This document shows, in pieces, positions 54,435-64,000 of a stretch of 64,000 bases of DNA. The notes under the pieces are model-generated. The model did no database searches. It worked only from the letters and a program-made list of their open reading frames with translations, and was not told where the DNA came from. A program made the translations under genes and the position numbers. Every line of letters starts with the position of its first letter. Position 1 is the stretch's first letter. Source of the stretch: Paragordius varius (Eukaryota; Animalia; Nematomorpha); assembly GCA_964247055.1 (NCBI GenBank), contig OZ176052.1, positions 9,052,001-9,116,000 on the forward strand, given 5' to 3'.

Positions 54435-57027
54435 ATGAAACCAATCACGGCCTATTTTCAAAAAAAATCTATAAATAATTCGACAAATCTAAGCAGTTTG
54501 AAGTTTAATTCAACCTATGAACCCTCAGAACAACCAACAAAATCCAGTCTTAAATCTGAACGAATTTCACAATTTCTCAAAAAATTTGATTATGAAAAAA
54601 ACGAAGTAGCCCATTTTTCCTTTAAAGATAAGACGCTATCGTCTAATATAATGACATCCTTTACCATTGATTCCATTCCCAAAACTAAAACTTCCCTTAA
54701 TAATATTATGGTGACAAAACAAATACCGTTGTCAAAAAATAAAAATGGAATGATAGTAACTCCGTGGTCAACAAAAAAGCAGAAAAGTAACAAAAACACA
54801 GGTAATCACACCTCAACGTTTTCAAATAAATTTTCCAAAACGGCCAATACAGAATCAACGAGTTTTTCAAATGAACCTATATTTTTGGGTAATTAATTTA
54901 TAATATTAGCTTTAACTGAAGGTAGGGGCCATGCTAAAGGTGAAATAGGCATGGCCTGCATAAATCTTAAGTGCCCAAATCTTATTTTATCTCAATTCCC
55001 TGATAATCCGACATATGTAAAAATAATGGCTAAAATTCAAGTACTCAATCCAATAGAAGTTTAATTAATTTAAAATTAGATAATATTTCCAAACACCGTC
55101 ATCGAAAGGGGAGCAATGAGTGAATTAATGAAGATAATTGTTGCTGATTTTCCCGACATAAATTTGGTGACGATTCAAAGAAAATATTTTAATGATACAC
55201 TTGGATACGATATTATTAAAACATTGAATTTGTTGAATTCCGGTGAGATAGAATTAGAACTAAAAGACAAGTATATTTTAAATATAACTAAAGATATTAT
55301 GCCCTTTCAGCCACATCCGCCTTATTGAAATACATTGAGTGTGTTCATGAGATCAATTATGTAGCGCATAGTCTCCAAGTAATATATGCAAGTTCTGAAA
55401 AAACTATGTTGCTTGGTAAGTTTATTAACTAATTTAAGATTCACAAACGGTCAAACAACTAGAATTGATGGAAAATATAGGCGGAAAATTAAATATGACC
55501 CTGTATGCCTCCCTAAATTTTACAAAAACGAGAAATGGCTCTCGTTTACTTAGAGCCAATATATTACAGGTTAAACTTGATAAATATGATATATAATCAG
55601 TCTTTACTGCAGAAAAATATAGATCTTAAATATAATAATTTTTTATATAGCCGCCAAAAGATGTAGATACAATAAAATTAAGACATGAATGTATTGGGGA
55701 ATTGGTTCAAAATGAAAATTTATTCTACAGCCTGCAAAATCTGCTGTCAAAATTTGATGATTTTGAAAATGCTCTTGCTCTGTGTGGACAAATACCTAAC
55801 AATGTTTAAAAAACTTAATAATATCAAATAGCCAAGCTTAAATTCATCTAATTGGAAAATTGGGGCATTTATTGATTTAGTGCACAATTTAAAACGGTTG
55901 CCGACACTAAAATGTATCATAAACCAATTTAGTAGCCCAATAATGGTTGTTTATTCAAAGGTTTAAACCTTTTTATAAAATTAATATATAGCTTTTGAAT
56001 GAACCGACATACATTGAAATAGAGAAAAAATTAAATGAAGTATTAAGTGTTGAAGAAAAATTTACGAAAAATTCTTTAGAGTTGAGGCATCAAATATGTA
56101 TGGCTGTCAAGGTTGATTATTATGTTAAATAATAAGGCCCCTGAGTTTAGTCTTCTCCAAGCTTCCAGAAAAGTCTACATTGATCTTATGCAAGAACTGT
56201 ACGGTAGTGAATTTATTTATTATTTAGATTTGGAGAATGTGGTACAGAAGAAATATTCCAACAAATTCTCCTTCAAAATAATTTATCATTACAAACGGGG
56301 TCATGTATTTTTCCAAAGTTATCGAAATTTAAATCGTGTCTATAAGAGTAGAACTTTGAATGTAAATAACGAAGAGGAGCAATGTGCTAATGATGATGAA
56401 GAAATTGTAAATGAAACCTTTGCAAGTCAACGCATGACTGAACAAAATTTTCCCAAAGAATTCGTAAAAGTTGTTAAGAGTTGGAAAGGTTTTCATTTAA
56501 CCACATCCAAATTGGTATATTTATTTATTGTTATTTAGGAAGATTGTTTTGAATGGTAATTTTACCCATTTATATGCATGCTAAATATTATAAATTACAT
56601 TTTACTTATCCATTCAGATCGAATAAATAAAGTAGTAACTGATATAGTAACAATGAGTGCCAGGTTTTTTTTACATATATATATATAATAATAAAATGTT
56701 AGCCTTTTAATGGAAACTTACAAAGAAATTAAGGAACAGTTAGGGATGCTATATAAATTAGCAGAATGTCTACCAATGTTGGATATGTTGGTGTCTTTGG
56801 CTAATTATGCATCATTAAATAATGCAGGTATCAATATGTCATGTAAAGTCGATTAGTTTGTCCCGTGCTGACAGAATCTCACATTAGATTGCTTAATAGT
56901 CACCATCCTATCCTAATGAAAAATACAGTAGAAAAGCTAATTCCAAATGATGTGGTATTTACAGAATCATAAAATTACAGGAAATCGATGGATCTCGAAA
57001 ACTGATGGTGCTCACGGGGCCCAATAT

Positions 57028-57095
<68 letters not shown>

Positions 57096-58149
57096 CACTC
57101 AATAATTTGGCGTGCACATTAAAACACTTATATTATCAATTAAGGCCAATTTATTTATTGAGAACAGAACACCAGATGACAAAATTTTCTGCCACTCGAG
57201 TTCTTTGCATTTTATTTAAAAAAATCTTTTTATCCCAACTATAATATTCTTTGCCCATTTATTATTTTTTAAGATACGTTTTAAGAAACAATCCAATTTT
57301 CGGCCATTATAAGCGTATAAGATGTAGCTATTTAAACAACATTATCTGCTATTGTATGTCTATTCCTGAAAATTTTTTGTTTGTAATTTTATGATACGCC
57401 CAAAGAAAATGGTGTGGTTATTAAAATCTGGTTCTTGGATTAACCAAGGCATATTTTGCATGATTTATTAGCGATTTTTAATACCCCTAAATTTGATTTT
57501 GTTTTCTCTTTAATATTGTGATTATTAACAAGAAATCGGATTAAGTCATCTCAATGTCTGCCCCTATTTCTAAGAAAGATTTAAACAAAACCCTTTTATA
57601 TTAAGATGCATTAATAGCGTTTAATTGATGAAAAAAATTATTTTAATTACAAATAAAAAAATTTTTAGTCTGGTAAAACAACGTACCTAAAACAAATTGC
57701 CTTATTAATGATAATGAGTCAAATTGGCTGCTATTTACCCTGTGAAAAAGCTGAAATAAAGATTTTAGATAGAATACTTGGATTCTTTGGGTGCAACGAT
57801 GATTTGGAAAATAATTTTTCAAAACAAATGGTGGAAGTAAATTAACCCTTAATTTTACCATAGTTAAAAAGGTTAAAATTTATATTGCAAAATGCCAACG
57901 AAAATTCATTGATATTGATTGATGAAATGGGTATCGGTAAAATACTCGTTTATAACTAAAGTTTGTTTAAGAATTTTTAAATTTTAATAATATAAAATAT
58001 TAGGGTTGGGTCTGACTGTGATCGTTTAAACAACCATATCATTTTTATGATTTTTTAACACGCCATACGAAATAAATATAAAAAATGGGATAAAAATGCA
58101 AATTTAATGTAAAAAATTTAATGAATATATATTAATTTTATTATTTGTT

Positions 58150-58186
<37 letters not shown>

Positions 58187-60362
58187 AATATTAACACTCT
58201 TCAAAAGCATTTCATTGGTTAAATTTTTATTTTTATACAACTTTTATTTTCCGATTTCAGTATTAATTTAATGGTACCCCGGAGGACTGACTGCATTCCT
58301 AATAATTAGTTAGACCGGTTATTAAATATGACCAGTCAAAGACACAGCCCTAAAAAATATTATATACGGATTATAAAATATATATACATATCTTTCTTTG
58401 TAAATAGCAACTGATGTGAAATTGGGTGCATCCTTAAGTTATGCTGTAAGTGAATGTTTATTGGAAACAAAGGTAAAAATTTATGTAAATGTTTATGAGT
58501 GTTATACGTTTATTGTTACACATTTCAAATTGTTGAACGAATTATCCACGTATTATCCTATGGCACACAAGTATTTCACGGTTAAATACATAGCTTCCAT
58601 TTTAAAATTAATTTGAATGACGATCATTCAACGCAACACATACGTTATGAATACAAAATTGCACCAAATGCATTTGAAAATTATCATTATGGTATGAAAC
58701 TGTTTGATTTCTGTGCATTTCCCAACACAGTCCTGAATCATATTAAAAAAGCCTTTGCTGATATCTGCAAACAACGGGTAGAATTTGGGAAAAATTTATA
58801 ATCAATTCTTAATATTTGTAATTTATTTGTAACTATTAGAAAAATTTTGGCAACAACAGTCGCTCACAATATTTCAATACATCTTACAAATTGGCCAAAG
58901 ATCTTTTCACCAATTTGAAAGGAGAAAGCGAAGATTGGGAAACTTTTTTAAAATATCGGAATCTCTACATCAGAGAATATACTAACTGGTTAAAAACAAT
59001 TCCAAACACCACAAATTTTGGTAAATTTTTTATACAATATTCAAAAATCAGCTCGATATTAATTAAAAAAATATCCAATTTTTCGAAATGTTCTAGGTCC
59101 ACATCTTCAATTTGTCAACGATGATAAAACTTATAATTTAAAACAACCATATTTATTCCCCTATTATGTAAAAAAGTGATTGAAATACCAAAAAATGTTT
59201 TATTAATGCAATACATATGGTATACATATGCTAATTGTTTGGTATTTATTTTGAAAGCGGTAACAGGTATGGTTCTATTTATAAACTTTCGAACCCAAAA
59301 CCAAGCCCAAAATTCGGAATATAGTTAGAAAAAGGTTGTAAATTGCCATTGTGATCGAGAAATAACGGGAATTAAAAATTTTTATTGAGATTTTATCAGT
59401 TTGTTACAATGTATGATGGATGGTTTAAATAGATGTAAGGGGAAAACATTATAATAAAAATGGTTGGCAAAAAATTGCTATTTGTACACTATAATAATGA
59501 TTGACAATGATGCATCAATTGTATTTACTCGCTAAGAGGTGGAGAGTGAATTTATTAGCAGTGGTTTTTAATTGTAAACAATGTTGTGTGCTTTAAGACA
59601 ATTTCATGACTCTAATTATTGACTAAATTTTAAAACATACTGGATTAATATATAGTACATTTTTTGGAATTTTTAATTACATGTTTAAATTTGATCTCAA
59701 TCTATATTAAGTTAAATATAATTGTAACAGAACCCTAAATAACATTATAATCACTCTTATTATTTTTAGTTGTTACCAACAATGACTCATTTCAAAATAA
59801 TTTTTCGAAATACATCATGCATAAGATGTCGAATGCAAAAAATCAAAAAGTGCCATCAATTGTATCAAGCAAAGATACAACTCCCGAAATAAGCAGTATA
59901 TCTGAATCCCCTAAAAATACACGAGTTAGCATTGATCCTGAAAAAGGTTCGCCACAATCCCCCTTTGAAACGGAATCGGTATCATCTATTTTACCAACAC
60001 CTAGTAATCTACGAAAAAATTTAGATTGGGGAGATGTGTTTAAACCCAAAGCCCCCTGCAGTAAAATACCTGAAAGTCATTCGGTTAATATGGAAAATGA
60101 TTCCAGCACACCCCCACATACAATTTTGAGCCAAAACACAATGGCAAATAATATAGCATCAAGTATTAATAGCAGCAGTAAATGTTCTGAAAAAAATACA
60201 AGCAAAACCGAATCAGAAAATCCGTATATGGGATGCGCAAATAAAAGGTATAAATGCGATTTTCTTATGCGAAAGTATAAATTGGATGATAGTTTGGACG
60301 ATTTATTGAGTCCTAAAATGCATAGCCCATTAACATCAATGTACAGTCCTGTATTAAGTTAA
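54435..60362 (+). CDS. MSH4: MutS homolog 4 (meiotic MutS-gamma subunit), ~1155 aa
   Basis: Exons 54435-54888, 54910-55058, 55080-55270, 55294-55415, 55439-55569, 55651-55803, 55832-55960, 55992-56111, 56137-56203, 56228-56514, 56543-56555, 56618-56663, 56703-56827, 56857-56954, 56981-57028, 57669-57836, 57864-57936, 58408-58472, 58500-58570, 58594-58777, 58840-59020, 59770-60362 (3468 nt, phases close). MSH4-diagnostic EGRGHAKGEIGMACI, TIQRKYFND, LNFTKTRNGSRLLRANIL; Walker A TGPNMSGKTT; Walker B SLILIDEMG; THF and YG motifs. The last exon join is inferred; the alternative stop is at 59124. Confidence 0.92.
57031..57092. repeat. (AT)31 microsatellite at the donor of MSH4 intron 15
   Basis: 62 nt of perfect AT directly after GT at 57029-57030. 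Confidence 0.95.
58152..58183. repeat. (AT)16 microsatellite in MSH4 intron 17
   Basis: 32 nt of perfect AT repeat. Confidence 0.95.
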
Positions 60363-60583
60363 AAATTATGATATATTTACGATGCTAAAAAGTACATGAT
60401 TAATATATTTATTTTGATTAATACACAAATTAAATGCTACATATGTTGTTGTAATCCGATAATATTAATAATCTTAAAAATCATACAAATTTTTGTTCAT
60501 TTTATTCCATATATATAATACATTTGTTTATGCCTAAATAATAAATGACTATTTAAAAAGGTTTAATCAGTTTGATATCTGAG

Positions 60584-60773
60584 CTAACTTTTAATTCGAT
60601 TAATATAATTTATAATTTTTTGAGCATTTAATTCCATGTCTTCTGGCGTATTGCTAGGTAATTCTTCAATTATAATATTTGGATTTAGTTGTTTTAGATG
60701 TCGTGCTTCATCAAATATGGTTTGAAAAATTTCGGATTGAACGTTATCTTCCAACTTTTTACCATCGTAACCT
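60584..60773 (-). CDS. AK6: Adenylate kinase 6 (AK6/hCINAP/Fap7), terminal coding exon; upstream exons not found in the window
   Basis: Minus strand: acceptor TTTATAG, then phase-2 (R)GYDGKKLEDNVQSEIFQTIFDEARHLKQLNPNIIIEELPSNTPEDMELNAQKIINYINRIKS-TAG. This matches the recalled human AK6 C-terminus [24 protein letters not shown]...QLPSNKPEELENN. Not in the ORF track. Confidence 0.85.
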
Positions 60774-61644
60774 CTATAAATATATTTATATTAAGTATAA
60801 TAAAAAAGCATATATAATGCAATTTGAAAATAAAAAATGTTTTTTACTTTATAAAAAAGTTATAATTTAATAATGAATTATAAATATTAAAATTAATACT
60901 AATTAGTAAAAAATATGGGACAGACCACACAAATATATATAACACAAAGACCTCATCACTAATAAAAATATCCATATTTATTGGAAGTCCCGAAAAATTT
61001 TATTTAAGTTGAATATTTTTTATAAAATGTTTATGAACATAAAACTATTCTTTTTATTAAAATGTATAAATTCTAATTTTTACCGCTATTATAATATATA
61101 TATATATATATATGTCTGCGTAAATTGGCTAGCAGAAATTGTATTATTTAAAATATATATAACTTCCATTTTTTACCCATCTTCTAAATTTACCCAAGTT
61201 TTGCTATTACCAAACATCGATAATCTAGTAAATGTCAACAAATTCACCTTTTTACTGAAATGGTTTAGATTATTAGTGAGCAGTGAATTGATTAGAACCC
61301 GTTTTTTTTGGTTTAAAATAATTTTTAAGCGCTCTTAAAATTCCAGTTCTAAAAAAAATTTGTTTTTGATTCCAGTTCGATAAAATTTTAAAAAATTTGT
61401 TTCATGTTCCAGTGATATTTGCAAAAAAATGGTACTCTATTGTTTTTCGATAAAATGATGCTGTTGGTCCCGATTTCGTAAATTTTTAAATATTTTCATA
61501 GTATTCATAACCGTAAAAAAAATTTATATAAAAAAACTATAAATTAATGAAATGATGAAAAATAAAAGGATATTGATCAGTTTTTAATTTTAATAAAACG
61601 GTTTTATTGATAATGAAATTATTTGTTACAAAACGAGTAATTAA

Positions 61645-62609
61645 CAGGGCTTGGAACCGGAATCGGATGGAACCGGAACCCGGTTCCTGGGATTTTAATA
61701 AGAACCGGTTCCATTGGGATGGAACCAACGCAGTTCCAGTTCCGCTTCCCGGGAACCACCCCGGTACCGATTCCAAAATTTCAGGAACCGCCCCGGTTCT
61801 ATTTATAAATTTTTAGGAACAAACCCAGTTCCGGTTCCAACCGTTAAGGAACCAACTCGGTTTGGTTAACCCCCCTTAATTACTGGTTCCCATATGATTT
61901 TTATAATAAAAATTTTATTTTATTATTTAAATTTGATTGTACCACTACATATTAAATACTTCAAATTTCAAACATAAAACTAAGCGCCTAATATTATATT
62001 AGCGATACTCTCTCAATTTTGGGTGATTCGCCTGTTCTAAAAAAACTAATTGTTATTCAAGTTTATTTATAATACATATGTTCGTATATATATAAATCCC
62101 CGTTGAAAGGAGTTTTTTCACCCTTAATTTTATTTAGAAAGACCAGAGAAGCAGTTTCACCAGCGTATTGCTTGGTGCAATAATTTTTAAAGTTAAATAA
62201 ATTTTTTTAGATGCCATACTTAGATTAACACTCATTATATACCTTTGTATTTATACATTTTCCTATTATATTTTTATAATTTGTTTCCTTTATTATGCTA
62301 CATTATATTTCTTTCACTATACATTTGGCAATTTATATAATTGTTAATATTTTGGTTGGATTATTATTATAATATTTTTGTAAGAAAATCATTTAATCAA
62401 AAGTCAGGAACCGAAAATGGAACCGGTTCTAAATTTAAACAACCAGTTTCGGAACCGCTAAATTTTTAAAAAACCAACGGGGTTCCCGTTCCAAAATTTC
62501 AGGAACCGCCCGGTTCTATTTAATAATTAAGAACTAACGCGGATCCGGTTCCTCTTGCTCAGGAACCGACCCGGCGGTTTCACTTTTTTTGAACCGGTTT
62601 CAAGCCCTG
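61645..62609. mobile_element. 965-bp hAT-type MITE (family B) with 8-bp TSD
   Basis: TIRs CAGGGCTTGGAACCGG / CCGGTTTCAAGCCCTG; flanks GTAATTAA (61637-61644) and ATAATTAA (62610-62617), a 7/8 match; dense subterminal GGAACC/GGTTCC motifs. Confidence 0.85.
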
Positions 62610-63358
62610 ATAATTAATATAAAATACAATATTCATGGCTCTTATTAGCTTATATAACTATCAGGCTATTAAAAAATTATCTATTTCGTCACCCTAATGA
62701 AATAAATTTTGATAGGATAAAACTTGTAAGGAAAAGTTGGCGATTTCTTTTAGAGTAATGTGACCAGATATTTAGAACCCTGACGCAGTACAAAATTAAA
62801 ACATACTTTGCCTATTTTTTACACAAGATATTCGGTGTGTTATATTAAATGATATTGTTCGTTACTATTTATAACCTTATTAGAAACAATTAAAAATATC
62901 CAGCAATTAAATTAATAAAAAATTTAATATAAATGTATGTACACATGTTAAATACATGGATATAGATTAATATTATAATGGTATGTTTGTTTTAAAAAAT
63001 GCTAACAAAATTGTCAAAAACAATATTATTACCAAATATATAATAACAAAAATAGAGGGAAACAATATATCAGGTTAAGAAGTTGCTGTGCAGATAAAAT
63101 CCTTCACACACTATCTTATGAAAGTTCTGTTCCATAGCTTTTTGAAAATTTATGAATATTTGACAGCAGTTAAAACTATGCGTTGATGAAAAAAAGATAG
63201 TATTTAAATACCGACTATGCTACAGTGTAAAGTTCAAAAATAAATCAAATAATTCTCGATCTACCCAATCAATGGTAGACACATATAATTATTAATAAAT
63301 AATTATTTTTTTATAATAATAATATCTAAAAAATAATAAATTATATATATTTTTAATT

Positions 63359-64000
63359 ATGTATTTGTCCCAATAGTTTAATGTTTTTGGAAATTTTATA
63401 AAATGCTTCACAATTTTCTTCTGTATTATGTTTGATATTACAATTGCTTTAAAGGTTTCAATTTTGAGTTTCCGTACATATTTTGTTTATCAACGAAAAA
63501 ACCCTTTCGGTGGCCGCATTGGTCCCAGGTAGACACAAAGCTAATTCAATTAAACTTTTTAAATTTTCACACGGTAGATTTTGTGTAAAAAATAGGAAAA
63601 AATTTCTTACCACCTCAAATCAGTATTATCATTTTGAATCCATTCATGTATCTTTTTTTCATCCACGTTTAATTACAAATAACTTATTTCATGAAAAGTT
63701 TAATTTCATTAATAACGCAATTAGAAAATCATTTTCAATTAATGCTAATTCAATATTTTTTCGAACAATCAATCGATTTACGAGAGCCCAATAAAAATGA
63801 TCTGTTTTTCGAATTGCTTTGACCCTCCTGCTAAATAATCATAACAATTCGTATAAAAAAGCTTTTACTTCTTTTATAAATGTATTTCTATTGATCAATC
63901 CATTTTCCTCGAGCTTACTTAAATCTTTGCGAATTATAATGGAAACATAACTTTCATAAGATCGATTTGCGCATTTGTCTTTTAAAGATTTTATTTCTGG
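63359..64000 (-). pseudogene. hAT transposase C-terminal relic (frameshifts/stops), continuing past the window edge
   Basis: Minus-strand translation gives LKDKCANRSYESYVSIIIRKDLSKLEENGLINRNTFIKEVKAF..., ENLKSLIELALCLPGTNAATERVFSLINKIC (hAT dimerization motif P..NA..ERVFS, ~63480-63570), then across frameshifts LKIETFKAIV and ENCEAFYKISKNIKLLGQIH. Confidence 0.8.

Larger units (their letters stand above)
54889..58593 (+). other. Set of fourteen 21-31-nt GT-AG introns in MSH4
   Basis: 54889-54909 (21), 55059-55079 (21), 55271-55293 (23), 55416-55438 (23), 55804-55831 (28), 55961-55991 (31), 56112-56136 (25), 56204-56227 (24), 56515-56542 (28), 56828-56856 (29), 56955-56980 (26), 57837-57863 (27), 58473-58499 (27), 58571-58593 (23). 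Removing them restores colinear MSH4 sequence. Confidence 0.88.

Noticed and set aside
54889-58593. Interpretation of MSH4 as a frameshifted pseudogene, or as using a ciliate-type genetic code
   Set aside because: Every disruption coincides exactly with a GT...AG segment whose removal restores phase and homology, and TAA, TAG and TGA all serve as ordinary stops in the window.
61537-61816. Pro/Gly/Trp-rich ORFs on both strands
   Set aside because: They come from the GGAACC/GGTTCC subterminal motifs of the hAT MITE.
62130-62185. Minus-strand APSNTLV string inside the MITE resembling a hAT dimerization motif or the AK6 PSNTP segment
   Set aside because: Too short and frameshifted to distinguish from chance.
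63483-63794. 103-aa plus-strand ORF
   Set aside because: Antisense of the hAT transposase relic.

Overview
Very AT-rich animal nuclear DNA (roughly 75% AT by eye; standard genetic code; GT-AG spliceosomal introns). The taxon cannot be fixed from sequence alone. I reconstructed four protein-coding genes by hand, and all splice phases close. (1) An ASPP-family gene (+, 8075-16471, 13 coding exons, ~1342 aa; RVxF, ankyrin repeats, SH3). (2) A MYT1/ST18-family C2HC zinc-finger gene (+, 47560-53833, 8 exons, ~1179 aa, 4 fingers), preceded by ~31 kb with no gene I could find. (3) The meiotic MutS homolog MSH4 (+, 54435-60362, 22 exons, ~1155 aa). (4) The last exon of AK6/Fap7 (-, 60584-60773), which the ORF track misses. 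The standout signal is that 14 of the 21 MSH4 introns are only 21-31 nt, while none of the 19 coding-region introns of ASPP and MYT1 is under 58 nt. This points to an ultra-short intron class that is gene-restricted in this window. MSH4 also has degenerate ATPase signature residues, a PIP-like N-terminus and a probable S/T-P-rich C-terminal tail. ASPP has large insertions in ankyrin repeat 4 and the SH3 n-Src loop plus a candidate poison microexon. The normally tandem MYT1 finger pair is uncoupled. Mobile DNA includes several hAT-type MITEs, a 1.4-kb foldback element with mirrored 21-bp arrays, a non-autonomous Helitron, a decayed LINE and a hAT transposase relic. No rRNA, tRNA or CRISPR array was found. 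Comparisons with human and E. coli proteins are from memory, not from a run alignment.
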